DNA of 64,000 nt from a bacterium UBP8_UBA817 (GTDB lineage: Bacteria > Margulisbacteria > Marinamargulisbacteria > SXXA01 > SICP01): the NCBI GenBank assembly GCA_945898045.1, contig CAMDGG010000003.1, positions 10,529 through 74,528 on the forward strand. Reading direction: 5' to 3'. This document shows positions 21,520 through 31,901 of the stretch, piece by piece. Made by a program: the position numbers and the translations under genes. Each line of letters opens with the position of its first letter. Position 1 is the first letter of the stretch. Below the pieces are notes generated by a model. The model ran no database searches, was not told where the DNA came from, and saw nothing but the letters and a program-made list of their open reading frames with translations.

Positions 21520-22572
<1,053 letters not shown>

Positions 22573-22587
22573 GAGAAAAAATAGGGT

Positions 22588-22609
22588 AGGCTCTTGTAAA
22601 AAAGAGCCT
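22588..22609. terminator. Hairpin AGGCTCTT-GTAAAA-AAGAGCCT between convergent ilvC and the FAD oxidase gene (candidate bidirectional terminator)
   Basis: An 8-bp perfect stem read directly from the sequence, with an A-rich tract upstream (T-rich on the opposite strand). Confidence 0.5.
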
Positions 22610-22616
22610 GCTACAT

Positions 22617-23960
22617 CTAAAAAATCTTCCCAGGATTCAAAAGCCCCTTTGGATCAAACGCTTCTTTAATCGCTTTCATACACTCAATATCCCTATCAGA
22701 AAACATTAAATTTAAATATTTTTTCTTCGTCAAACCAATCCCATGCTCACCCGTAATCGATCCGCCCATGTCCACCGCAAGCCGCAATAATTTTTCGGTT
22801 AGACTTTCTGAAATGAGTGCTGTCCCCGTCTGCAAAATATTCACATGAATATTCCCATCGGCCAAATGGCCGTATCCCAAAACTGTCACACCATTTTCTT
22901 CTCCCAACGCTTTTGCACTTTTTAAATAGGGTCCAATCTGATCCGGAGGTACCACAATATCGTGTGAACGTTTTGCAACCGACATCGCAGTCAAAGACTC
23001 CGAAACTGAGCGCCGTATCTTCCAAAACGCGTCTTGATCTTCATCGCTAAGCGCTATCTCAATATTGCTTGCCCCATGAGCAAGACACACTTCGCGAAGA
23101 ACATCACATTCCGACTGATCCCCATCTAATAGAAATAAAACAAATGCCTCACCTTCAGGCACTTCGATTCCCCTATGACGTCGCACAGCATCCACGCACG
23201 TCCGATCCATAAACTCCGCGGCTGCTGGATACACAGAAGATGTACAGGCTGCTTGTAACGTAGCGATCGCCTGATCATAATCCGAAAAGCTAGCTCTAAG
23301 CGTGGCACGAAAACGAGGATAGGGAATAAGTCGTAAATAAATTTTTGTAATAACAGACAGCGTTCCTTCTTGGCCCACCATCAAACTTAATAAGTCATAA
23401 CCCGCAACATTCTTATATAATTTCCCGCCCAAATGAAACGGCGTCCCGTCTGCATAAAAACCCGATAGTCCCGTCACATACTGACGCGTCACACCATACT
23501 TAAACGCACTTGGCCCGCCCGCATTCTCCGCTACATTTCCGCCAATCGTACAGCGATCCAAGCTCGCAGGATCTGGCGGATAATACAAGCCATGAGAACG
23601 AGCTAGTTCTTGCAAGTCTCCAGTAATAACGCCTGGTTCAACAACCGCAATACGATTCGCGAGATCCAGCTCTAAAATGCGATTCATACGTGCAAATGAC
23701 AGAACGATACACGGCCCAATGACACTGCATCCCCCCGTCATTCCCGTGCCTGCACCTCGGGGAACAATAGGAATAGAAAATCGATTAGAAATTTCTAAAA
23801 TAATAGAAATTTCTGCATCAGACTCGGGAAATACGACGATGGAAGCAGGCTGATAGTCTTGGCCCAAAGAGGCATCATGACCATGTGAAGATAAAATTTC
23901 GGAATCAACAGAAATCGCAGAGGAGGGCAAGGCTGAGCGAAATGCAGAAATATAATCCAT
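22617..23960 (-). CDS. FAD-binding oxidoreductase (GlcD / D-lactate dehydrogenase family)
   Basis: 447 aa with an FAD_binding_4-type N-terminal domain (IVPRGAGTGMTGG) and a C-terminal FAD-oxidase domain ending GEHGIGLTKKKYL...DPKGLLNPGKIF. Confidence 0.8.
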   Translation of the reverse strand: MDYISAFRSALPSSAISVDSEILSSHGHDASLGQDYQPASIVVFPESDAEISIILEISNRFSIPIVPRGAGTGMTGGCSVIGPCIVLSFARMNRILELDLANRIAVVEPGVITGDLQELARSHGLYYPPDPASLDRCTIGGNVAENAGGPSAFKYGVTRQYVTGLSGFYADGTPFHLGGKLYKNVAGYDLLSLMVGQEGTLSVITKIYLRLIPYPRFRATLRASFSDYDQAIATLQAACTSSVYPAAAEFMDRTCVDAVRRHRGIEVPEGEAFVLFLLDGDQSECDVLREVCLAHGASNIEIALSDEDQDAFWKIRRSVSESLTAMSVAKRSHDIVVPPDQIGPYLKSAKALGEENGVTVLGYGHLADGNIHVNILQTGTALISESLTEKLLRLAVDMGGSITGEHGIGLTKKKYLNLMFSDRDIECMKAIKEAFDPKGLLNPGKIF

Positions 23961-23986
23961 AACTAATCCTCATCCAAAGGCTCTAA

Positions 23987-24062
23987 TGGAGCTCCCGACC
24001 GGAATTGAACCGGTGACCTCATCCTTACCATGGATGCGCTCTACCTACTGAGCTACAGGAGC
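23987..24062 (-). tRNA. tRNA-Thr (anticodon GGT), CCA encoded
   Basis: The reverse complement folds by hand as GCTCCTG-TA-GCTC-AGTAGGTA-GAGC-G-CATCC-ATGGTAA-GGATG-AGGTC-ACCGG-TTCAATT-CCGGT-CGGGAGC-T-CCA. Confidence 0.93.
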
Positions 24063-24240
24063 TTAAAAACAAGCCTGTTGACTATAGCAATCGCCCGACT
24101 AGACGTCCAGAATAAAAAAAGGTATACTCGCCGAAAATACAAAACGCATTACTTATACATCACTTTTACATCCCGTCTATAACTCCCAAAGCAAAAAAAT
24201 AAATCATCCAAATCCCCACGTCTAGGAACATATAATCACC

Positions 24241-25518
24241 ATGGAAACCCCTGCAATTCAAGAAAAAGAACAGACTTTAGATATTATGGAATTGCAAAAA
24301 AGCAATCTAAAAATATTGCATGAACTTGCACTCAAACTAAACGTGCCTGATTACAAACTACTTAAAAAAAACGATCTCATTTTTAAAATACTTCAAAATA
24401 AAACAGAACAAAATGGGCTTGTGTTTGCACGAGGTGTTTTAGAAATATTGCCTGATGGCTATGGATTTTTAAGAACCAATAATTATTTGCCAAGCTCTGA
24501 AGATATCTATGTTTCGCAATCACAAATTAAACGATTTGGCATTGCAACGGGAGATATGATTTCGGGGCAGGTGAGATCTCCAAAAGAAGGAGAGCGTTAT
24601 TTTTCACTACTTCGTGTAGAAGCAATTAATGACCAAGCGCCAGAGAAAATTAAAGAGCGCACCCTTTTTTCAAACTTAACGCCCATTTATCCAGAAGAAA
24701 AGCTCAAGCTAGAAAGTGGTGCTTACCCCATTTCTGGTCGCATTATGGACATGTTGGCCCCCATCGGAAAAGGTCAGCGCGCCCTCATTGTTTCTCCTCC
24801 AAAAGCAGGAAAAACAACCATTTTAAAAGAAATTGCCAATGCCATTTCAATTAACCATCCCGAAGTTCTTATTAAAGTTCTCCTAATTGATGAAAGGCCA
24901 GAAGAAGTGACCGATATGCAACGATCGGTAGATGGCGAAGTGATCTATTCAACGTTCGATGAACCGCCAGATCAGCATGTGCGCGTATCAGAATTGGTTT
25001 TGGAAAGCGCAAAGAGACTCGTAGAATGTGGCAAAGATGTTGTTATTTTGCTAGACAGCATCACCCGTTTGGCGCGTGCCTATAACTTAGTTGTCCCGCC
25101 ATCTGGCAGAACGCTTTCTGGTGGTCTGGATCCCAGCTCACTACACAAACCAAAACGTTTTTTTGGGGGTGCAAGAAATATTGAAAATGGTGGAAGTCTC
25201 ACCATTATTGCTACTGCCCTTGTAGACACCGGATCTCGCATGGATGACATCATCTATGAAGAATTCAAAGGCACCGGCAACATGGAGTTGCATCTAGATC
25301 GAAAACTAGCGAACAAACGTATTTTTCCTGCTATCGATGTGGTTAATTCAGGAACAAGAAAAGAAGAGTTATTGGTCGAAGATGATACACTCAAAAAAGC
25401 CTATCTATTACGCAAAAATATGGACTCAGATTCCTCAGCTTCAGCAGAAGAACTTATCCGATTATTAAAACAAACCAAGTCAAACGAAGAGTTTTTGAGC
25501 TCAGCAATTTTCATCTAA
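24241..25518 (+). CDS. rho: Transcription termination factor Rho
   Basis: It has an N-terminal Rho_N/CSD region ([14 protein letters not shown]), Walker A ([11 protein letters not shown]) and [13 protein letters not shown] leader of about 180 nt precedes it. Confidence 0.96.
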
Positions 25519-25591
25519 AAAAATGCCCCTTTTTTTCAATCTTGTCTCCTCCCCTTACTAAGAGGAGGCCGGGAGGGGTGTCTAGATTCTC

Positions 25592-27079
25592 TTAGCCCGT
25601 AATCTTTTCCCGAAGGTGAATCTTACCTTCGGCTTCAAGTTTACCTGCTAGTCCTAAAACATAATCTTGTGCAGACTCAATATCTTGTTTGGCAATCCCC
25701 GTACCTTTAAGATCCAAGAACTGTTGAATCATTTCTTTCGCTGCTTTACTAAGGTTGATATCAATGCGCTGATAGGTTTCTTCTTCAACCGATACCAGGG
25801 CTGTTGCCAGAAGGTCTACATTGACCTCAGAGAGTACTAATTTCAACTCGTTATCATCGAGGTAGCGCAAGTCATCAAAAATCAAAATGTTACTTCTAAA
25901 GGCCTCGTAAGATTTAGGATCATTTTGACCCAAAACCGTAAGTAATTGTTTTTTGACCTCGCCAGAAACAAAAGAGAAAATACGTTGAAAGGCAGATTGT
26001 CCGCCCACCAAACACTCCAGCCAATTACGCATGCGGCCTTCCAATTTATCTAGAAATTCACGATTAACCAATCGCTGACTTAAAAGCGTAGACGTTACAA
26101 TGGCTTGATTTTTAAGGTCCAATTCTCCCAAAACTTTGGAGGCCAATTTGGGAGGTAAAAAAGAAATAATAACGGCAATATGTTCAATAGCAATGTTCTC
26201 TTTTTTTAAGAGGAAAATCAGATTGTCAACATTGGTTTCAGTAACAAAATCAAAATAAACTTTGATGGCAGGTGTATTTGAAATCGTAATATCCTGACCA
26301 CTTCCGCCACCCGTATTGCCATTGCTGGTAGGTAATTCAATATTAGGACTAACACTTACATTAGAACCGCCACCACTGGAATCAGACGACGCCCGACTAC
26401 TCTTATATAAAGAAAACTGTTTAAGCTTAAGTAAAATATAAATAATGAGGGAAATGACAAGTAAAACCAACGCTGTAAATTGCAAAATGTTTTGTATAGA
26501 AAAAATATCTTGAGAGGCATTAGCTGTGCTCCCTGGCGCAGCACCAGGAGCCGAGGCTGATTCGCGAGCAAATGGGCGATAGGTCAGGTTTACTACATCG
26601 CGGCTATCGCTCAGCCCTAAGACTTCCTTGATGACAGCGGTAGAGCGACCTGCCTGTCCACGTGGGAAATCGCGATTCACAATCACATCAATCACGATTT
26701 TGCGAACCTGAGGTTGCGCATAGCGTGTAATAGAATCAAATGGAAGCTGATTCAAATGTTGAGTAGGGGGGGCTAAATTGCGAATAACAGGATATCCCGG
26801 CAAAATATTCATTTTTTCACTAGAAGACTTAGCTGCTGCTTGCGGAATCGCTTTGACGGCCGATTGACGCGTATATTGCACCTCATATTGGGAGTCCGAT
26901 AGACTGACAGACGCACGGACGATAAAGTTGTTTTTTCCGAAGAGATTATCAAGCGCGGTCTGTGCCTTTTGTGCCAACAACCCTTCCATTAAAACTTGCT
27001 CACTCGTCACAGAAAAAGCGGGAGTGGTCACTAAAATAGCAAGCATAAAACCTAAAATATAGCGGGTCAAAATTCTCAT
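25592..27079 (-). CDS. Membrane protein fusing a FliF/YscJ-type periplasmic ring-building motif to FliG-like middle and C-terminal domains
   Basis: The order of elements is:
- A signal peptide or TM1 (ILGFMLAILVTTPAFSV).
- LLAQKAQTALDNLFGKNNFIVRASVSLSD ... VRKIVIDVIVNRDF...AVIKEVLGL..DVVNLTYRPF, which resembles the two halves of FliF RBM3.
- A TM helix (LQFTALVLLVISLIIYILL), then an S/G linker.
- EHIAVIISFLPPKLASKVLGEL, similar to the FliG_M EHPQ region.
- ILIFDDLRYLDDNELKLVLSEVNVDLLATAL...NLSKAAKEMI...IESAQDYVLGLAGKLEAEGKI, similar to FliG_C.

There is an ATGA overlap with the upstream gene. Confidence 0.6.
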   Translation of the reverse strand: MRILTRYILGFMLAILVTTPAFSVTSEQVLMEGLLAQKAQTALDNLFGKNNFIVRASVSLSDSQYEVQYTRQSAVKAIPQAAAKSSSEKMNILPGYPVIRNLAPPTQHLNQLPFDSITRYAQPQVRKIVIDVIVNRDFPRGQAGRSTAVIKEVLGLSDSRDVVNLTYRPFARESASAPGAAPGSTANASQDIFSIQNILQFTALVLLVISLIIYILLKLKQFSLYKSSRASSDSSGGGSNVSVSPNIELPTSNGNTGGGSGQDITISNTPAIKVYFDFVTETNVDNLIFLLKKENIAIEHIAVIISFLPPKLASKVLGELDLKNQAIVTSTLLSQRLVNREFLDKLEGRMRNWLECLVGGQSAFQRIFSFVSGEVKKQLLTVLGQNDPKSYEAFRSNILIFDDLRYLDDNELKLVLSEVNVDLLATALVSVEEETYQRIDINLSKAAKEMIQQFLDLKGTGIAKQDIESAQDYVLGLAGKLEAEGKIHLREKITG

Positions 27080-28173
27080 TGTGTTGTCCTTTTTGAGAGT
27101 TGCGATTTAGGTACTTTTACAGCCCATTTTCCATTTTCTAATTCTTCGACAGTCGCCGTGAGCTTCTGTTCTCGGAGTTTCTGAGCATAAGCGTAGGCTT
27201 GTGTTTGCGTCGGAAACACACCTAGTAACTGTGCTTCAGTTTGCACCAAATCTTCTTTTTTCTCAACCTTTTGGGTCAATGCCGCTTGGGCCGCTGCTTC
27301 AGCCTGTTTTTGGTCATCTTCAATGAACCGTTTGGCCTGTGCAATGACTTCTTCAAGTTGCTTATCTCCAGGGTGTAAAAATAGGGAAGTTGTCCATGCT
27401 TCTAACGCTTTTTTCTTGTCACCAAGCATATAATGACTAGAACCAATACGCTCATAAATTTTGTAATTTTCTTTATCAAAATAAGTGAGTGTATCTAAAA
27501 CCGTAAGGGCGCGTTCATAATTCCCGCCATAAAAATACGTTTCAGAGAGCTTCCAATATTTATTCTGAACATCTTCTACTTTATAAGCACCAGGTGCCAG
27601 GCCATACCCCAATTTCAAAAACTCACGTGCGCTGAAATAACGACGGTGCAAAAACAGAGTATGAACCAAAAAATCTTTGGCAACATCTTGCTGTCCCAAT
27701 GCATAGAAATTTTCTGCCTTTGAATATAAAGAGGTAACCAGTTTAAGCGTAGCTGCATCCAGCTCACCATCAGATTTCAAAAGAGCGGGCTGTGTTTTTT
27801 CATTTTCACGAACAGTCAAAACCGTCATCAACCGTTGCATCATTTGTTGATCAGCTGGGGTTTTGTCGCTATCAGGAATTTTAGAAAGAACATCTAATGC
27901 CGATAAATAATCTTTTCTCTGAATGGATTTTTGCAAAGAGTCTCTAAAGGCAGCCATATCAGCTGTAGAAACTTGAGATACGGGTGCGACTTCAGGGGCT
28001 GTAGGCGCTGCACGTTTTTGAGAAAAAGCAGAATTCTGCACGGGTTGTTCAGACACTGTTTTGGCAGGTTCACTTCGTTTATTCCACTTAGGCCTTTCCT
28101 GAAAGCCAAACGCAAACAGGCTAGACGATCCCAGCAAAATAGTTGCAACCATAATCCGAAGAGATCTATTCAT
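27076..28173 (-). CDS. Secreted TPR-repeat protein with C-terminal SPOR-like domain
   Basis: It has a signal peptide (MNRSLRIMVATILLGSSSLFAFG) and TPR-like helices (YERALTVLDTLTYFDKENYKIYERIGSSHYMLGDKKKALEAW). The C-terminus LLGVFPTQTQAYAYAQKLREQKLTATVEELENGKWAVKV resembles a short SPOR domain. I place the start at ATG 28173; the ORF-track start at 28206 would overlap hemL. Confidence 0.6.
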   Translation of the reverse strand: MNRSLRIMVATILLGSSSLFAFGFQERPKWNKRSEPAKTVSEQPVQNSAFSQKRAAPTAPEVAPVSQVSTADMAAFRDSLQKSIQRKDYLSALDVLSKIPDSDKTPADQQMMQRLMTVLTVRENEKTQPALLKSDGELDAATLKLVTSLYSKAENFYALGQQDVAKDFLVHTLFLHRRYFSAREFLKLGYGLAPGAYKVEDVQNKYWKLSETYFYGGNYERALTVLDTLTYFDKENYKIYERIGSSHYMLGDKKKALEAWTTSLFLHPGDKQLEEVIAQAKRFIEDDQKQAEAAAQAALTQKVEKKEDLVQTEAQLLGVFPTQTQAYAYAQKLREQKLTATVEELENGKWAVKVPKSQLSKRTTQ

Positions 28174-28180
28174 GAAATCA

Positions 28181-29452
28181 TTATAGCAAGGCTTTCTGAA
28201 TTGCATCTACTGTTTGATCTATATGTGAAACGCCGTGTGCGTATGAAACAAAATTTGCTTCAAACTGAGAAGGGGCTAAATAAATTCCGGCCTCTAACAT
28301 TTTGTGATAATAAGACTGAAAACAAGATAAAGACGAGGTCTTAACGTCCTTTAAATTTCGAATTGGGGTGTCCGTAAAAAACAAAGAAAATAAGCTGCCC
28401 CAGTGAACAAGCTGAAACCTATGCCCCTCATCATCCAGTAACGTTTGAATGCCTGTATATAGACGTGAACAGTTTGTAGACAAGCGATGATAGTGATTCT
28501 GATCTTTCAATAACGTGAGTGCAGCAACACCGGCCGCAGCTACAACCGGATTTCCAGATAAAGTTCCCGCCTGATAGACAGGTCCATTCGGAGAAAGTTT
28601 ATCCATAATTTCTGCTCTCCCACCAAAAGCACCGCAAGGTAAACCGCCGCCAATGACTTTTCCGAGACATGTTAAATCAGGAGTAATCTTGAAATCGGCC
28701 TGAGCACTTCCAGACGCAGACCTAAATCCCGTCATGACTTCATCAAAAATAAGTAGTGCGCCATAGGCAGAACATTGGATTCGAAGTGTCTCTAGAAAGC
28801 CTGGTTCTGGTAGTACAACGCCCATATTGCCACAAACAGGTTCCACAATCACTCCGGCCACTTGCTCGCCATGGGCCTGAAAAAAAGCACGAACTCCTGC
28901 ACTATCATTAAATTCTAAAACAGCAGTATGTTGTACAAACGATTCTGGAATGCCCGCGCTATCAGGATGACCAAACGTTAAATTCCCAGATCCTGCTGCA
29001 ACGAGTAACGAATCAGCATGACCATGATAACAGCCATTAAATTTGAGAATAATGGGGCGACCCGTAAAGCCTCGCGCCAATCTAATGGCACTCATGCAGG
29101 CCTCTGTCCCTGAATTTACAAGTCGTATTTTTTCTATCGAAGGGAAAAAAGAAATAATTAATTTTGCCAGTGTTGTTTCAAGTGCAGAGCACGCACCAAA
29201 CGAAGTACCTAAATGTGCGGCCTCTTGAATGGCCTTTATAATAGTAGGATGCGCATGACCTAAAATATGCGGGCCAAATGCACCCACGTAATCTATATAA
29301 CGCTGCCCATCTTCAGAAAATAAAAAGGGGCCTTCAGAACGGGCAATAAATAAGGGGTTCATACCCACCGCTTTACAGGCACGGACAGGACTATTAACCC
29401 CACCGACAAGGACTTTAGATGCTTCTTCGAATAACTGTTCAGATCGTGACAT
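28181..29452 (-). CDS. hemL: Glutamate-1-semialdehyde 2,1-aminomutase
   Basis: Full-length HemL-like sequence (LFEEASKVLVGGVNSPVRA, FDEVMTGFR, GKVIGGGLP, GTLSGNP). Confidence 0.95.
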   Translation of the reverse strand: MSRSEQLFEEASKVLVGGVNSPVRACKAVGMNPLFIARSEGPFLFSEDGQRYIDYVGAFGPHILGHAHPTIIKAIQEAAHLGTSFGACSALETTLAKLIISFFPSIEKIRLVNSGTEACMSAIRLARGFTGRPIILKFNGCYHGHADSLLVAAGSGNLTFGHPDSAGIPESFVQHTAVLEFNDSAGVRAFFQAHGEQVAGVIVEPVCGNMGVVLPEPGFLETLRIQCSAYGALLIFDEVMTGFRSASGSAQADFKITPDLTCLGKVIGGGLPCGAFGGRAEIMDKLSPNGPVYQAGTLSGNPVVAAAGVAALTLLKDQNHYHRLSTNCSRLYTGIQTLLDDEGHRFQLVHWGSLFSLFFTDTPIRNLKDVKTSSLSCFQSYYHKMLEAGIYLAPSQFEANFVSYAHGVSHIDQTVDAIQKALL

Positions 29453-29476
29453 AATGCGCTATTATTTCACACAACT

Positions 29477-30424
29477 ATGAAAAAAGTCATTATACAAATT
29501 CCAGCGTTTAACGAAGAAAACAGTCTGCCTATTACTCTCTCTAAATTGCCAAAAACGATTCCGGGAATCGATATCGTTGAGTGGTTGGTTATCGACGATG
29601 GCAGTACAGACAAAACCGTAGACGTGGCCAAGAAATATGGCGCGCATCACGTTGTTTCTCATATCAAAAACCAAGGTCTGGCCAAAACATTTATGACAGG
29701 AATAGAAGCCTGCTTATGTCGGGGCGCAGATATCATTGTAAATACAGATGCAGACAATCAATATTGTGCAGATGATATTGAGAAGCTCGTAGGCCCCATC
29801 TTAAATGGAAAAGCAGAAGTGGTCGTCGGTGAAAGACCTATTTTTGAGATAGATCATTTTTCTTTGAGTAAAAAATATCTTCAAAAATTAGGCAGCTGGA
29901 TGGTGAGGACGCTCAGTAAAACCAACGTCCAAGATGCCCCGAGTGGATTTCGGGCGTACAGTAGAAACGCCGCTATGAGACTCAATGTTTTTAATACCTA
30001 CACCTACACCCTCGAAACCATTATTCAGGCTGGTAGAAGCGGTATTTCTATTGCCTCAGTCCCAATTCGTACCAACGAAGATCTCAGGCCCTCACGTCTC
30101 GTAAAAAGCGTTCCCCATTATATTAAACAATCCGTACTTACTATGAGCCGAGTGATTACCACATACAAACCCCTAACTGTATTTCTCTGGTTATCAGCTA
30201 TTCCGTTTTTAGTCGGCGCGCTGCTTTTAACACGTTGGCTTCTTTTCTATTTAGGAGACACGCCAGCAACACATATTCCAAGCCTTATTCTATCGATAGG
30301 ATGTATTCTCGTAGGGATACAGCTAGCCATTTTCGGACTTATCGCCGACATTATTTCTGTGAACCGAAAATTGCTAGAAGATATTCAGTATAAACTGAGA
30401 TCAGAGGCGTACCTCAACCGGTAA
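29477..30424 (+). CDS. Family 2 glycosyltransferase (polyprenol-phosphate sugar synthase-like, with C-terminal TM helices)
   Basis: QIPAFNEENSLP, VIDDGSTDKT and NTDADNQ (DxD) are present, with two C-terminal TM helices as in DPM1/ArnC/GtrB-type enzymes. Confidence 0.85.
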   Translation: MKKVIIQIPAFNEENSLPITLSKLPKTIPGIDIVEWLVIDDGSTDKTVDVAKKYGAHHVVSHIKNQGLAKTFMTGIEACLCRGADIIVNTDADNQYCADDIEKLVGPILNGKAEVVVGERPIFEIDHFSLSKKYLQKLGSWMVRTLSKTNVQDAPSGFRAYSRNAAMRLNVFNTYTYTLETIIQAGRSGISIASVPIRTNEDLRPSRLVKSVPHYIKQSVLTMSRVITTYKPLTVFLWLSAIPFLVGALLLTRWLLFYLGDTPATHIPSLILSIGCILVGIQLAIFGLIADIISVNRKLLEDIQYKLRSEAYLNR

Positions 30425-31762
30425 AACCAACGCTTTATCAATTGTACGGTGTACCTTCAATAAAAACTCTGCGCGTGTTGATTCGTAAGACAAAATCCCA
30501 AAAAACAATAAATACCCAATCGCATAGCCCCATAAAAAACGATCCGCATTTTCCCTAAGAGAGACATGGTGTTTTTTTACCGTCCAATACGTCATCCATA
30601 AAAGTGAAAACAAAAGTCCAAAAACAGCGATGACAAAGAGAAGCGACTGTTGAGCCTCTTGATAAAATTGAATAGTCATAATCGTTAAAATAACGCCTAG
30701 AAAACCAGACGTATATAATGTCATCGTGGCGCATTTTTTGCGAAAGACGGGATCTGTTAGACCAAACGAATAAACATAATGACCCAGCAGTAAAATTAAG
30801 CTAGGAAACACGTACGCAATATAGCGACCTAATTTGGTGTGCCCCGAAAGCGAAAATAAAATCAAGCATGGTAAAAATGCGGCAAGCAAGACTTGGTATA
30901 ATTTAATTTCTTTCACTTTTTGCACAAACGCTCTATTGAAAAAAGCGGCAATGACAAAAAAAGTATGTGGCAAAATACCAATTAATACATAAAGGCTAAA
31001 TCCGTAAAAATCACCACGATACGTTGCATGAGGTCGTGTGGATTTGATGAATCGACCTGTGTTGTCATACAAAAACGTCTTGATAAACGCGGCTCCGTTT
31101 TGACTGGTCTGACTTAAAAACCACGGAAGATTTAATACGCCAATTGAAAGAGAAATCAGGCCCATGTCCCGCACCATCAACCATAAAGACCGACGATAAA
31201 TCAAAGATGTGAAAAAAACAAAAATAACGGCAAGCCCCAAGCAAATTGAAAACCGACTCATACTTCCAATAGCAATAGCAATTAAAGCAATACCTAGATA
31301 TTTAGGTTTATCTTCTCGCAAATACAACATGTAAAAACCTGTAAAGGCAAAATAGAAAATCGTGGCGGGCCAGTCGTACATCGGCGTTCGAGATAAATAA
31401 ACAAAGACCAAACTCGTTACAAATAAATAAGTCGTTAATCGTGCAGCGCCTTCCTGATGCCATAACTTCTTAGAGAAGTAATACATCAATACCACACCCA
31501 ACAAGCCACACAATAAATTAAAAAAGTTAAGCGCATAATAAGAGGTAGGCGCAATCTTTAGAAAAAGAGCAGATCCCCACGCAATTAAAGGGCCATGACT
31601 TTGATCATTGGCACCAGATAAAAACTGACCTGTTGCCTGTATTCTCTGTGCAACCGGAGCCCAGTTTCCAATGTCACCATCGGTGAGGGGATAGGGTGAA
31701 AAAGGGAAACTTAAAACAATAAAAGCAAATAGGCAAAATCGCCAAAGCGGATGTTTAAACAT
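30401..31762 (-). CDS. Polytopic GT-C-type glycosyltransferase (ArnT/PMT family-like)
   Basis: 453 aa with at least 10 predicted TM helices and an acidic first loop (PLTDGDIGNW...HGPLIAW), as in ArnT/PMT_2 proteins. It is convergent with, and overlaps by 24 nt, the GT2 gene. Confidence 0.55.
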   Translation of the reverse strand: MFKHPLWRFCLFAFIVLSFPFSPYPLTDGDIGNWAPVAQRIQATGQFLSGANDQSHGPLIAWGSALFLKIAPTSYYALNFFNLLCGLLGVVLMYYFSKKLWHQEGAARLTTYLFVTSLVFVYLSRTPMYDWPATIFYFAFTGFYMLYLREDKPKYLGIALIAIAIGSMSRFSICLGLAVIFVFFTSLIYRRSLWLMVRDMGLISLSIGVLNLPWFLSQTSQNGAAFIKTFLYDNTGRFIKSTRPHATYRGDFYGFSLYVLIGILPHTFFVIAAFFNRAFVQKVKEIKLYQVLLAAFLPCLILFSLSGHTKLGRYIAYVFPSLILLLGHYVYSFGLTDPVFRKKCATMTLYTSGFLGVILTIMTIQFYQEAQQSLLFVIAVFGLLFSLLWMTYWTVKKHHVSLRENADRFLWGYAIGYLLFFGILSYESTRAEFLLKVHRTIDKALVLPVEVRL

Positions 31763-31901
31763 GAAAATTCTCCTTAACTTGACTTAATAACAGCCCAAAG
31801 GGTACCATGGAAACCCATCTTTTTCAGTATTGAAGAAGAAATTTTCCCACTTAATCATTACCATAGTAATGATGTGGCTAGTCAAAAAGAGAGGCAAAAC
31901 C

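Noticed and set aside
25592-29452. Whether this region is part of a flagellar or type III secretion gene cluster.
   Set aside because: Apart from the FliF/FliG-like fusion, no flagellar, stator, export-apparatus or injectisome genes are present in the 64 kb. The neighbours are hemL, rho and glycosyltransferases.
29453-29476. Only 24 bp separate the divergent hemL and GT2 start codons. This was considered as a shared regulatory element.
   Set aside because: The gap is too short to contain recognisable promoter elements, and no palindrome is seen. The promoters must lie inside the coding regions, so nothing specific can be claimed.
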